64,000 nt of DNA from Octopus sinensis. Taxonomy: Eukaryota. Positions 37,497 to 51,401 of this stretch are shown piece by piece. The position numbers and the translations under genes were made by a program. The DNA lies in the NCBI RefSeq assembly GCF_006345805.1, contig NC_042997.1:152768001-152832000 (forward strand). The letters run 5' to 3'. The first letter of the stretch is position 1; each line of letters opens with the position of its first letter. The notes beneath the pieces were generated by a model, which was not told where the DNA came from, did not search any database, and saw only the letters and a program-made list of their open reading frames with translations.

Positions 37497-37946
37497 AATT
37501 GTCCCTCTTATTTATGAGAAAAAAGATACCCTGTGGCCATAAACCGAGGGGTCACTCGTAAACAGAGCTGGATAACAAAACCGTTCCCTCTTTAGTGTCC
37601 ACCCATAATGATGACCCTAGTATCGATCTATTGCATTTCAATCTGTTTTAGGGTTAGGGTTAGAGTTAGGGTTAGGGTTGTAGTTAGGGTTAGAGTTAGG
37701 GTTAGGGTTAGTGTTAGGAGAGGGGGGAAGGGTATATTTTTTTCTTCAGAAATGCAAATAAACCAAATCTGTTTCTTAAGCGAATATATAATATGTAATA
37801 TGTGTATCTGTGCAACAGAGAGGGAAATTAAAACTGCATATGTTGTGAACTTAAAATATGTGTTTATTGATAAAAGTTTAATAACGATAATTTTATTCAT
37901 ACGAACGTAACTGATATGAAATATGTCATAAATAACAGGGACAATT
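37497..37946. mobile_element. MITE-like element with 21 bp TIRs enclosing a (TTAGGG)n tract
   Basis: aattgtccctcttatttatga (37497-37517) versus rc of tcataaataacagggacaatt (37926-37946), 1 mismatch. Confidence 0.7.
37648..37718 (+). repeat. Interstitial telomeric repeat (TTAGGG)~12, degenerate
   Basis: ttagggttagggttagagttagggttagggttgtagttaggg.. Confidence 0.9.
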
Positions 37947-38663
37947 TCATATGACACCGGAAATTATTGTTGTTGACACACTACGGCAGAAATTGAATTC
38001 ACCTCAATAGACATCGTTGATTAGTTGAAATTGCCGAAATGCAAGAAAATAAACAAGAAATAGCTTACAAACTACAGAATTTTCTCAAGAAAGCCAAGAG
38101 AAAAAGATGTTTTATGAACACATTCTACCAGTATACGAAGTTTAAGAGTGCTTAATTACAGAGAAATTATTTTAAAAATCTGTCAAAGCGAAATTATCCC
38201 TATGCGGTTCATCAGTTCTTCTGGGAGAGTCAGCTTTAGACTGACTCCCTCCTTTTTTACAATTTTTCTGCCTTCCTTCCACTTTCTTGAGTCAATTTCT
38301 ATTTCCTGTACTTCCAGGGTGTTGGCATTTATTCCTCGTGTCGTTGCCGCTGCGTAACCTTTTCTAATCTCCATCACTCTTCCTTTCCTCACTCCTCCCG
38401 TAGACGGGGTTTATACAGGTGCAAGCGAAACAGTAACTGAAATTCAACAATTTACACAATCCAACGAATTTTAGTTCACCCGCTTGTGGAAACCTACAAC
38501 AAACATACAATATCAGTGTGTAACGATTCGAACTCACATCGAAGAAATCACTACCGACACCCAAGACTGACAATCACCAGTTTCTCTTTATTATAGGCAA
38601 AAGGCCTGAATACATGCACAAACATGCGGGAACAAAAAAACATACATACATACATACATAGAT

Positions 38664-38735
<72 letters not shown>

Positions 38736-39294
38736 CATTAAATATATTCTGTGAGAATACTATACACTGAATTTATAATTAGTGCTCTTTGTATAAAATG
38801 TCAAAATTATTAATACTATAAAGTATCTAGACATTTAATACGAGTGATTAAATATACTGCACTTTGAAATAATAGCATGACATTTAATATCAAAACAATT
38901 CCTTACGAAGATATATGTGTTTAAAATAGTATTGTATTAAAAATATATGTAAATATGTGAAATATAACTGTTTACGATCATTTCGCGAAAGTTTTGTCAT
39001 TATAATGGAATCCATTATTGATACACATTTATAAACAATACTTCCGCTCGTCAGAGATTGGACGGAGGAGGTAAAGTTTGTATGATACGTCGAATGTTAT
39101 TTAAAAATCAGAAAAATTTTTGAAAAAGTATTTTTGAAAAATAAATTAAAATTTACTGGTTTTGATTTAGGTAGGTAGACATTGGTATGAAAATTTTAAG
39201 GTTTGTTTATATATCCTTGGTAAGTTCATCCCGGTAATCCATGACAATTTTGTATAAGCGATACCTTATCCTGCATTCAATATTTGAGACGTAG

Positions 39295-40620
39295 GTTTGT
39301 ATCTTTATTGCCCACAAGGGACATACATAGACGGGACAATACAAGACATGTGGGACATATAACAATTAAAACAATAAAATATGATAATATGAATGACAAT
39401 ATGAAAAATGGAAATGGAACCACTCGTCCCACTTACGAGTAGCTCCACTTTCTACTTTTTAAAACCTGGTCCCTCTAGCTTATCAAAACCCGTTTCCTCC
39501 AATAACTTGTCATAAAGTCGTGTAATTTCGTAATAAATCCCAGTCATAGTCCAAATTCCAATAACTGTAACCGTGTTCAAACGTATATATTATCTCTTCT
39601 TGTTCTTTTGTTGGGAGCACACACCTGTGCCACTCCCCAATGTTATCAAATGCAGAAGTTCCTACTTCATTTACCTCGTCCCATGAATAAAACTAATCTA
39701 TGAATTCGTTATTGGATCCATATAGCATGAAAGCTTTTCATTTCTTTTTCCTTTTTTCTTTTTGATTTGGGGGAAGGAGTTTGAAATTCTTTACGTGTTT
39801 GCTTTCTTTTTGTGTTTTGTGTCGGATGGGAATGGGTAGGCTTAATGTCTGCTGGGGGAGGGTGGATTGGAGAGGGTGTAGATGAGGTGGGTGTAGGTTG
39901 GGGTTTACACTTCGAAACACTTGCCTTCTTTCTCTTCCTTACGGTGACTTTTTCCCACTTACCCTCGGTTGCTGATGCTCCCACCTCCTTTCAGGTTTCT
40001 TCCTTTCTAGAACTCTTCGGTCCCTCTTCTTTTTGCTCCTTCATCTTGTTTAATCTCTTCTTTGCTTTTTTTGTGAAAGGCAGTCTACTCTAATGTGGCC
40101 CTTCTGGCCACATTATCACTTAATCCATGATTATTGACTCTGTGATATTTTTCAGAGTCTCGGCTGATCCTTGAACAATCATGTTTCGTGTTGTCCCTTC
40201 CATATCATGCTTTCCTTTTTGATGGCCTGGAGGACCACTACGTAGTCCTCGTTACCAAAGATGACAGCGTTTGCTACACAGGCCACATATCGATATCGGG
40301 CGGAATCCCTTCTACACTCATTCTTGTTGCTCTTAGTCCTCTGTAAGTGGGCAAAAGCACCACTTCTTCAATTTTCATAGATGTCGCCGCTTGTTTTCTT
40401 GCAGATACCGCGTCTTTGAACCTTACCTCTACTACTCCAGACATCGAACCTCTTGCGAGGTACACGATATTTTCCAGATCGACCTCAGAACCTTTTCCAC
40501 CTGTCCCGTAGTCACAATATCAATTTTAACTTTGCTTATCGAAAATGTTCGGTACATTATTGTCCTCTCCTTAATGCTGTTTCTTGTCTCTTGCGTGGGA
40601 GACAGCTTTACCTGAAAATC
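39295..40620 (-). mobile_element. ORF1-only LINE derivative (HAL1-like), decayed
   Basis: RRM-like VVEVRFKD..LLPTYRGLRATRMSVEGIPP; zinc knuckle CGQKGHIRVDC (~40080-40115); K/E-rich tail; AATAAA end at ~39305; no ORF2 recognised in between. Confidence 0.55.
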
Positions 40621-41289
40621 ATCCCGACTTAATACATCTTTATGCCTTCCAAATTCTTTAATATTTATTTATTTCACCTAATGTTTTGCCACGTCGGCAA
40701 AATTCCTCTTTTCCATGTTTAGTTTATTGTCTATCCTCCGGACAGCCTCCAATGATTATTCTTCCGACGACGATATGACTGAGAAGTTATAGTCTTCTAC
40801 AGACATGCTTTAACCAAGCTATCTCTCCTTTGCGGGAACAGAAAGCAGAAGCAAATAAACCGTAATTACAAAAACCACTGCAAAGTAGCATAAAAAGAGT
40901 GAGATACCTGCAGAGAAACGCCAGCGCAATAAGCAAAGCACAAACTCCAGAAAATTGAGACGTAGAAGGATGATTTTGGTGGTCAAAGTATTACTATTAT
41001 ATTTTTATTTGTATAACTGGAAGATACCAATTTAAATTTTAAATTTAATTTTTTTTTATCATTACAGCTATAAAGGTCTATTTATTGTAGGTTAAATGTG
41101 TATAAGTTCAAATTCTAAGAAAACCAATTTATCAGTCGTTTAATGTATAATATATGTCGTGTAAATACGTTTATACTAAAGAAATTTAGTTACTCTATCT
41201 ACCAATCTGTTTATAATTTTCTCCTTATTTTGATATCGCTACTATAAATAATAAGTAATAGACACTAATGTAAATCTTTATTGGATCTT

Positions 41290-41880
41290 TTATAATATTT
41301 AAAAGTTTTATAGAAATTTATGTCTACATGTTGAAAGCACTTCTGATTGACAAATTACCAAGTTCTTTTGATTATATAGTAAAATATACAGTGATTCCTT
41401 TGTACAGAGACGGCAACTATTAGACTTATGGGTGTATGATGTAGCCGAATCTATTATTGACCAAGCTAAACTATAGTTAAATTTATTTTGTCTTAATTTC
41501 TGTATCTAGGTAGCTAAGTAGTATTACTTGTTGTATTAGGCTTAAAGGAATGTATGCGTGCTAAAAATGTTTGCTTAAAATTAACAGAACTCTCTATGTA
41601 TATTACTTAAACTATCCGTTAATGTAAATATGCACTTGTATATCACGTTAAATCCTCTACATTTACCTTCTAAAGGGCATGATACTTTATTTTTACATGA
41701 GCAATTTTTATTTTTATATTTCTGTTGAAAGGTATAATATCTGATATGGTGCCGCTCTGGCAATAATAGTATATCTAATTTATTTGACATTACAATGGGA
41801 TAGTCCGTTTCTGCACAAATCACTGACCTAGTAGTAGGAATTTTTTTGATATTAAATTTCATGCCATTATTTCAAAATAC
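41290..41880 (-). mobile_element. Penelope-like GIY-YIG endonuclease relic
   Basis: CSCKNKVSCPLEGKCRGFNVIYKC..AWSIIDSATSY..CRLCTKE..LSTCRH. Confidence 0.8.
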
Positions 41881-42379
41881 AGTATATATATATATATAGT
41901 ATTCTGTGAGAGAGAGAGTAAGAGCAACAAAAAATTACTTCATCTGGTGAGAGATGATTATCGTTTAATAAGCACTGTATATATACTTTATAAGCTACTA
42001 ATAGTTTCATGCAAACAAAATGACTCCGACGACATACTGTAACATATCTGGTGCCTCTAGTATATATATGTATGTAATGTATGTATGTATGTATGTATAT
42101 GCTATGTGACTGAGATTTTCCCGTATATCTGTATAAAATTTGCTAACCCCTCATATTCTTTCCATGGTCTTGTTTAGCATTTTCTTTATAATATATATTA
42201 AACCCTTTATCCATCTATCTTGGCCTATATTATGATTAGAGATTCTAAAATAATTATCCGATTTTGGCATGTGATATCTAGTTTATAAATCAATCCTCCA
42301 TGGAAAGTCAAACTAATCTGACAACCCTGCTCTTTACAGTTGTTCATTTTTATATTTCATCGGTTGAAGTGTGATTTTA

Positions 42380-42545
42380 AGGAACTAAAAAAACAGTTGC
42401 ATACACACACACATACATACATACATACATACATACATGCATGCATACATACATACATACATACATACATACATACATACATACATACATACATACATAC
42501 ATACATGCGTGCATACATACATAAATACATACATACATACGCTCA
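42380..42545. repeat. (TACA)n microsatellite
   Basis: Direct reading. Confidence 0.95.
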
Positions 42546-42689
42546 GCATACCTGAAAACGACCATGCAGGAATATGTTTTCCGAAGATTTGAAAACAGTA
42601 ATATTGACTTGAAGCGAAGCCCCTCTTGGACCAGTGACCGCTACATCACACCATACGTCCTAGGCTTTCAATTTGCAATACAAGGACAG

Positions 42690-43235
42690 GAGATGGTTAC
42701 GAAATACCTAATAAACAAAAGAAATAGTGGAGCGCTTAGAGCTCCAAGCTGTGACCAAATATGTGGATAATGTCAAATTCTTGTACAAAGCATCTCATAT
42801 GTGATTAGCAATGCGACTCGACGTTGCTACGAAAACTATATACAATGCAATTAGAATAAATATAGACCATCCCTCTGTTATTGAATACAAACACAAACAT
42901 CAACACAAGGAGTACTGGTGGAACATTCCCATCAAAACATCTGTCGTGTATAAGCATAACAGGCCGGATGTTTTGTTTGGACCGACAGATGGAAATATTG
43001 TTTGAATGTCCAAAGACAAAGTGGATAACTATGGGCAACTGCTTCGAAGCCTCCAGCTTCTATATCCAGATTATAATTTCACATTTACACCAGTAATAAT
43101 TAGTTCACTTCGCTGTGACGATCTGGATAAGCTAGGTTTTTTCAGAATATTAAATCAACCAAATTTGCTCGCACATTACAAATGCAAGCTGTAAGTGGGA
43201 CAGCAAAAATATGCAAGACTTTTCCCGTATTAAAT
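42690..43235 (+). mobile_element. RLE-type LINE 3' relic (distinct family)
   Basis: MRLDVATKTIYNAIR..EYWWNIPIKT..HNRPDV..KVDNYGQLLRSLQLLYPDY..AVSGTAKICKTF. Confidence 0.7.
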
Positions 43236-43796
43236 GTGACATTGTTTTTTGTTAGCCACATTCCAACGATGGGGCTTTATATCTTTGTTGGAGACCATCT
43301 CCTTCCACTGAGGAAGAATTTAGATAATCAAAAACAGAAGGGGACATACATACATACCATACATACATACATACATACATACATACATACATACATACAT
43401 ACATACATACATACATACATACACACAAGTGTGTTTACGGACTCGTTGATCGACATATAAATGCATTGCTATGTAATTATTTCCAGTGACATTATGACGA
43501 TTTACGTTGCATGTTAATACAAGATTTCCTTCGCAAACTCGATTTCACACGCATTGTAATTTGCCACTAATACGTAAGTTCTCATAAATACATTTATATC
43601 GTTTATCATATATCAATAAATCTATCTCATATCGATATTAAGAGTTCCGCACGCTACATACATGTTGGCTAATATATATCACGTACATTCATGTTCACAC
43701 ATTCATAGATATACACGCGTGCGCACATATCTATGTATACAGACACATACGCACATTTGCATATGAGTTCGTGTGTCGAGTGAACTATATTGACAG

Positions 43797-44005
43797 CTTT
43801 TCCTTTAGTCTTTTGCTTGTTTCAGTAAGTAGACTGTAGCCATACTGAGGCACCGCCTTCAAGAAATTTAGTCGAAAGAATCGACACAAGTATTTGCTTT
43901 TTTATTTTAAAGGGTAGTACTTATTCTATCGGTCTCTTTAACAGAACCGCTAACTTGCGAGGATGTAAACACATCAACAGCAGAGCTGGGGGACACAGAC
44001 AGAGA
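43797..44005 (-). mobile_element. SINE 3' half
   Basis: Reverse complement of the body seen at 44190-44400. Confidence 0.7.
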
Positions 44006-44056
44006 CATAATCTGCGTACATATATGCTTGTATATATGCTTATATATATATATATG

Positions 44057-44402
44057 CAGGTGTCTTCTACTATACCGTCGGACCGACCAAAGCCTTGCCA
44101 GTAGATTTGGTAGACGGAAACTGAAAGCCCGTCGTATATATATATATATATACATATGTATATGTGTGTGTATATGTGTGCGCGCGCGCGTCTGTGTTTG
44201 TCCCACCAACATCGCTTGACAACCGATGCTGGTGTGTTTACGTTCGTGTAACTTAGCGGTTTGGCAAAAGGGTCCGATAGAATTAGTACTTCGTTTACAA
44301 AGAATATGTCCTGGGGTCGATTTGTTCCGACTAAAGGCGGTGCTTCAGCTTGGCCGCAGTCAGATGACTGAAAAACAAGTAAAAGAATACAAGTATAAGA
44401 GA
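44057..44402 (+). mobile_element. Octopus SINE, 5'-truncated
   Basis: gtgtcttctactata..gatttggtagacggaaactgaaagcccgtcg..catcgcttgacaaccgatgctgg..ggcggtgcttcagcttggccgcagtc. Confidence 0.85.
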
Positions 44403-44502
44403 ATATATATATATAATATTAAATCATATTACATACATATATATATTTACATAAATACATATCCACGCACGCACACACACACACACACACACAAACACAC
44501 AA

Positions 44503-44548
<46 letters not shown>

Positions 44549-45851
44549 GCATGTATACACATATGTAGATACGCACACATATGTGTGGTGTGTATGTGTA
44601 TGTGCAGTTCTTCAAATAAATGTTTGCGCTCTTTTGTCATTTTAGTAAATCAGTATTTATTGCTTCTTCTAAGCATTATTTGTAGTGACCAACATCTAAA
44701 TAAGTTAATGAGTAGGTAAAGATAATCTCGTTGTATTCTTCAGAAGTAACAGTAAGACAACTTGTTCTGGCGTGGAATTTGTGACAAAATGGATTTTTAA
44801 TTCTCTTGAGTGTATTCTGTGAAAATCATATGTGAAATCTAAATGAGAGATATCTGTCCTAACAGGTTACCGATGGCATTTCAATTAGTTACTATCTTCT
44901 TAGTTAGATGTTACTTGTATACGGATCTTTCAAAGAAAGAAAATATTAATGAGAATTCTTTAGTATACGATTCATGTCTTCCTCTAATTAGTCCATTTTC
45001 TTTTCATTATCTTATAGCCATATGTTTAAAGGAAGAAAATCATTTGCAATTAGTCTCATTCTCTATCCTTTTTATGTGTAATCTCTCAGGTTATCTGACT
45101 GATTGTTTGTCTATCTCTTCTCTTGTACACACACATACACGCACACTCACATACATATACATATGTGTGTGTATGTGTGTGTGTCTCAGTATATATATAT
45201 ATATATATACATATATATAATTTGAGCAGTGTCAATCGATTTCTCTGTAAACACGTACTATACATAAGCTGTTATTGCCGTTTGCTTTTAGCCACAATTC
45301 AGCCGCATCGAAATAGGTATATGAACAACGGTATTTCAGCAGTGACAATCCAAATGATTTTCCAAGCAAAGTTTACCCGATATTACAGTATTGAATATTT
45401 TTGAGTTTTCTTTATTAAGAAGAAACAATGGGTATTACCTGAGAGGTGATTTAGAGCAACTATGTTGGAACACCTTCTTTGGTTCAGCTATACATTAGCA
45501 CTGCAATCTGGTATTAGAAAATGAAAATGTTTCGTTGCTTAACCACACTGACATAAGACTCCATTTACAAAAAAATAGTACGGAAGCAGTGATTTAATAA
45601 AGAGAGAAAAATTTGAAATCAAGTAAAGAGAGAATCAAGATTAACTTGGCCACTGAGAGTAACAAAAATACAGATCCTCAACTTTGAAATAGGTTGGAAA
45701 TTCAGGTTGTAAACTCTTCATTAAGTTTTGCTGAAAGTGACTTACTAGTTTGCAGTGGTGCAACGAAAACTTTGACGCCCTAAACGATAAATTAATACTA
45801 AATTTAAGGATTTTTGTGTGCATTTACATGGCTACAATATATCGTCCATAA

Positions 45852-46085
45852 GGCGGCGAGCTTGCAGAATCGTTATCAGGTCAGAAAAATGACTTAGCGT
45901 CATTTTTCTCGATTGTACTTCAGCCGATTTGAACCGATGGGTTCAAATTCGGCCAAAGTCGTCTTTGCCTTTCTTCCTTTCGGTGTCGATAAAATAAGTA
46001 CCAGTTGAGCACTGGAGTTGACATAATCGACTTACCCCTTCCCACGAAATTACTGATCTTGAAAGTAAATTTGAAAGCAAACTGT
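45852..46085 (+). mobile_element. Second octopus SINE family copy (ggcggcgagct..gcagaatcgtt head)
   Basis: Same family as the 59.9-64 kb cluster. Confidence 0.75.
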
Positions 46086-46355
46086 ATCTTACATGATATA
46101 ATCGCTTCATTTGGCCGGACAAGTACAACCCCGAACACTTATGCGCTTACTAAAAGAGAAAAAAAATCAAACTAGGCATCGGAATCAAAAATTATTCTGG
46201 AATAGCGCAAGCATGGTTATTTGGTCCAGAAGCTCGCTTTGCAATCGAATAGTTTCAAGTTTAGTCCCATTGCGTGACCAATGCCCTCTGAATAAATATC
46301 GTTAACAGAAACTGTATGGAAGCCCATCGTGTATGTGTGTGTTGATATATAAACA

Positions 46356-46389
<34 letters not shown>

Positions 46390-46599
46390 CATACATACAT
46401 ACACACACACGCAGGCACGCACGCATGCATAAATACATACATACATACATACGTACATACATACATACATAAAAATATACATACATACATAAGGAACTCT
46501 CGTGACTCAAAAAGTATTGTCGCTTTGTGGATGACAGACATGAACTCTCGGAAGAACTTAATAAAACTCAAAGAAAAACCATACAAAAATGCATACATA

Positions 46600-46830
46600 C
46601 ATGTGAGCGTCTGTCTATGGTTTTATGTTTGTTCCCCAGCATCGATTGATCACCGGACGTAGTTTATTACAGCTTCGTAAATTTAGCGAGCTCGGCAAAA
46701 GAGACGGATTGAATAAGTTGTAGACACGTGAACAATGAGCACTGGGACTGATTTGTTCGACTGTAACCTTTCAAAACGGTGCTCCAGCATGGCAGCAGTT
46801 TATTGACTGAAACAAATAAAAGATAAACGA
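46600..46830 (+). mobile_element. Degraded SINE 3' half
   Basis: gctcggcaaaagagac..gatttgttcgact..ggtgctccagcatggc..gactgaaacaaataaaag. Confidence 0.65.
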
Positions 46831-47447
46831 TAACAGAAGCAATACATAAAATACATAATTCTTCACATACACACCTATATAATTTAATTTTCACCTTTAA
46901 TTTGCAGTTAAGTGTTGTAAGTGTGTTGTGTACGGAAGCGCTTGCCTGTGATTCAAAACAGAAACGCCCAATAATAAAATTCTCGTAAATGAGCAACCAA
47001 AGGAGTACTTCAAAGCAACTTTCATATTAGTTACCATTATCTAGTGAGACAGATGAAAGTTATTCATAATCCAAATGTGCATATAGGTGCTTGTAGATAC
47101 GTATATACATGTACAAACAGTTGTATTTATATATATATATATATATATATAAATATAGATATAACTATTCACGAACACATATCTATGCATACACGCACAA
47201 TACATCACACACATACACACATACATGCACAAACATAACACACATATTTATGTATACTCAGAGTTAGATTAGCGAGAGGGAGAGAGTAGCGTGGAGAGAA
47301 TATTGTTTCGTAAAAGCATTCATTTGTTAATTATTAGAAATTAGTATTCTCCTTTGAAGAATAGCAGACACTGTGACAATGCAACATCGCAATTATTAAG
47401 TTGTGAAACTATAAAATGCGCAAAATTGCAAACATTCTTACCTATAC

Positions 47448-47487
<40 letters not shown>

Positions 47488-47547
47488 ATATGTATCTATA
47501 TGCATGTTTATATATATGTATTATATGCATGTATATATATGTATGTA

Positions 47548-47596
<49 letters not shown>

Positions 47597-47612
47597 TATA
47601 TATATATTATAT

Positions 47613-47643
<31 letters not shown>

Positions 47644-47653
47644 TGCGTCTTGT

Positions 47654-47775
47654 AAAGGTTGCAAGACGCAACGAAAATTTTAGAAGAATAAAGAAGGAAA
47701 TGAGTGGCAATTTTACCAGTAGGTGTGTTAATTTATAAGGCACTAAAAGAGAATGACTCTCCCCAGACACAATAG
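47654..47775 (+). repeat. ~120 bp dispersed repeat, second copy inside the Tc1 intron (22806-22930)
   Basis: aaggttgcaagacgcaacgaaaattttag..aatgactctccc.agacacaa at both loci. Confidence 0.8.
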
Positions 47776-47799
47776 TATATATATATATATACATACATA

Positions 47800-48380
47800 C
47801 TTGTTTACCCGGCGTTGCCCGGTTGACTGCTGTCTTATTCAGAACAGTAAACAATAAATATGAAGGACCCGGTTTCACTCGGGTTATAAACTCATAGCCT
47901 TAACACTACTGTTTGCCTATAGTGTAAGGATAGTGTATTTCTCAGAAAGTATTCCTTACTTTTAATACTCAATTGTCCTATACTTCTGTACATTACATGC
48001 ATATACTATTCATGTAAATGCTTCGTCATATATTGTGTTTTCTGTCTTGCCATGTTTATCACTGAGCATGTATAAGTTCTTTTCATGTCGAAGTCTGGGA
48101 CATCCAACATACAGCTGATCATGTGAGAAGGTTGGTTGAAGGAGATTACATCCTGCTACCTTTAGAGATTGACCTTGTGCTTTGTTGATAGACATTGCGA
48201 AGCTGTTTGACAGGAAACTGCAATCTGTTGAACTGAAAAGGGAGGTAATTTGAGATGAGAAGGATATTGGTAATCAAGACATTCTCACACATCATGTCGC
48301 CTGCGCTGCGGCCGCTTGCTCCAATGCCGCCCGCTCGCTGTTGCCCACACATAACCCATGCAGCCGGCGCCAGCCTGACA
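47800..48380 (-). mobile_element. Helitron 3' end: PIF1-type helicase C-terminus and terminal hairpin
   Basis: ENVLITNI..LPFQFNRLQFPV / SINKAQGQSLKVAG..FSHDQLYVGCPR; subterminal ccgggcaacgccggg followed by a CTAG-like caag end. Confidence 0.85.
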
Positions 48381-49062
48381 ACCAGTATTATTATATTCTA
48401 ATTACACAGATTTCCTATCTTTAACTCTTCCTACTGTCTGCTCTATTTGCTTAGAGGTGGTCTACATATTACGTATACTATTATGACTATTGTCAGTATG
48501 GTTAATCCCGTTACTTACATTATTTCTACTATTACTACAGTTAAAAATTTTAAATTTTTCTGTATATCCCGCCTTCTCTGATGCGAAATTATAAAAGTCC
48601 TCATTTAGTTTAAATACTTCCTCCTTCGCTGAAAGTTTAGTAATGCGGATTTATATATTTTTCACTATAGTTCGGGTTATACATTATGGGTGATTGCAAT
48701 TTTTATGAATGTATTAAGTTTATGATAAGGCCTGTATATACTTGTGCTGAGATCCAAACCGACATCAAGAAAGTTAATTGAGTTATGCTCCTCTTCTACT
48801 GATATTGTCCTATATTTTTAAAAATTCTAAAATGTTTTACCTATATTTTTCTATACCCCGGTTTGAGGGTTTAACAGGGTGAAAAGGGCATCGTCCCTGT
48901 ATAGATCCCCTCCTATTTCAGTGAGTTCCTTACACACGCAGTATAAAATGTATATCCCTAATAAATATATTACCTGTGTGGAGTCTGTCAATCTCATAGT
49001 TATATCAAACAATTTTGGTCAATCTTTTTTACCCTGTACTTTCCCTCAAATTTTATAGAATA

Positions 49063-49129
<67 letters not shown>

Positions 49130-49190
49130 AATACACACCCACACCCTTAGAGAAAGGTAGCTACAGAGGCTGATACATAAATACATACAA

Positions 49191-49242
<52 letters not shown>

Positions 49243-49789
49243 TCTATATTTAAGAGATGAGGAATTCTGTGTATATTATTTACATTATTTCAATTGATGG
49301 ATATTTGTCCTCATCTTGATGTTGTTAACACAACATTTCGGCTGTCATACTCTCCAGCCTTTATTAGGTGTCTTAGGGAAATTTCGAACCTGGGTTCTCA
49401 TTCCTCAGGTACGTTTCGATGTTTGCTATTATTATTATTATTATTATTTCAGCCGAAATGTTGTGTTAACAACAAACAAAGATGAGAACAAATATCCGTC
49501 AATTGTAAATAATGTAAATAGTATATATACGCGTGCGTGAATGTATGTACATATATGCATAAATATGTATACTTTGATAGGTTTCGGCCAGTATTGGCCT
49601 TGGCCATGTCTAACTTAGTAGCACCACCTGGCAAAGTCATTCAAATCAAGAATCGGACAACATGGTCCGCTCGAGGAGAGAGTTATTGTTTATCGAGACA
49701 TATCTGCGTGCAGGAGGTTTATCCGGAATTTTTATAAGGAATTTGTCCAAAGACATCTTGAACTTTATGGGGAGGGGACCAATTGAGGT

Positions 49790-50870
49790 GAAATAAATGC
49801 ACATTATTGTTGTTATGTGATCCTAGAATGATTATTGTTATGGGCGGATAGCACGGGGTCCACGTCTTGGGTGTATCTTAAAGGCGATGCCAACATCATT
49901 TGGGTAATACTGATGGGATATTTTTCCACATCATGCAAATGATGTAGCGCTCACAGCTGCGTTGGAGAGAATAAAGATTGAACTTTTCTAGTCGACCCCA
50001 ATAGTCAAGGCCTGTCATGCCATCAATCTTTTTTGTAATTGACCTTTGAGGTGCTTCAATTTCCATGATAGTTTGTTTTGTGTGGGAAGACCATAATGGA
50101 CAACAGTATTCAAAGTGGGGTCGGGAAAAAGTAGAGAAGAGAAGGAGGATAGTGGTGTGGATATCTCTCGGCTGGAAAGTTTGAGAATCCAGGAACACAT
50201 TCTGTGGGCCGTATCAACTTTGCTGTTTATATAAGCGACCCAGTTTATGCTGTTGTCCACAATTACTCCCAAGTCTCTGATGTTGTTGAATACCAAGAGA
50301 GTTTCACTTGAAGGAAGGGAGTATAGGAAATTCAGGGTGTCCTTTTTTCCGAAGTGGATCGTTCTCGTTCAGCAGCATATTATTCTTTTCCGCCTCTTGG
50401 ATGACAGCCAGCAGATCTGACTGAAGTCATGCCCGTTCACCCACTTCAATGATGACTTCTGGATCTTGGAATCATCTGCAAAGATTTTTATGTTACTGTA
50501 CTTGATGATGTCAATAATGTCATTGATGTAGACGATGAAAAGAAGTGGGCCCAACACTTTGCCCTGTGAGATACCACTACTGACTTTGGTTGGGCTTGAT
50601 TTTACTCCTTCGACTACAACGTGTTTATTTCTGCCTATCAGGAAACACTTGATCCATTGTATTGTAGTAACTTTCCAGAGACACCAATGTTGGACAGTTT
50701 TTTTCAAGAGGATTTTATGATCCACCCTGTCAAATGCCTTGCCGAAATCGAGGTAGATGATATTAGTAAGCGAGCCCTCTCCCAAAGCTCTCAAAATGTC
50801 ATCAAGGTGATTCATGGGCCCAGGATTGGGTTCAACACTGGGGTCTACCGAAACTAACAGGGCTGACAAA
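49790..50870 (-). mobile_element. Degraded CR1-group LINE ORF2 (RT and C-terminus)
   Basis: IYLDFGKAFDRVDH..SGISQGKVLGPLLFIVYIND..IFADDSK; RDLGVIVD; YCCPLWS..LYSLQRSCERY. Confidence 0.85.
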
Positions 50871-51197
50871 ACAACTGTGAGACGGAATGCAAAAGCTGTA
50901 ATTTACATTACGATTTTCCTTAGACACCTGGCTGCTTTTGGTGACTTCCAGACTTTCTATATGTTCCAATTCTTATGCTGTGTACCATAAAATCAATAAT
51001 CTCAATCTACTTGATTTTTATATTTTAAAAAAGGATTGACGTAATTCTTCACAAAGGTAAACAGTCAAGACGAAGAGCGAAAGACAGACGTACTGTTGAA
51101 ATATCGTTCAACTAATAAAATATCTTACAATCGAATCGCGCTTTTCGTCTTGACTGTTTACCTTTGTGAAGAGTTACGTCAATCCTTTTATAGAATA

Positions 51198-51226
51198 TAA
51201 TAATAATAATAATAATGATAATGATG

Positions 51227-51257
<31 letters not shown>

Positions 51258-51313
51258 TGATAATAATAATAATAATAATGATAATGATGATAATAGTAAT
51301 AATAATAATGATG

Positions 51314-51357
<44 letters not shown>

Positions 51358-51358
51358 G

Positions 51359-51401
<43 letters not shown>

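Noticed and set aside
37648-37718. True chromosome end
   Set aside because: The tract is short, degenerate, internal and enclosed by TIRs.
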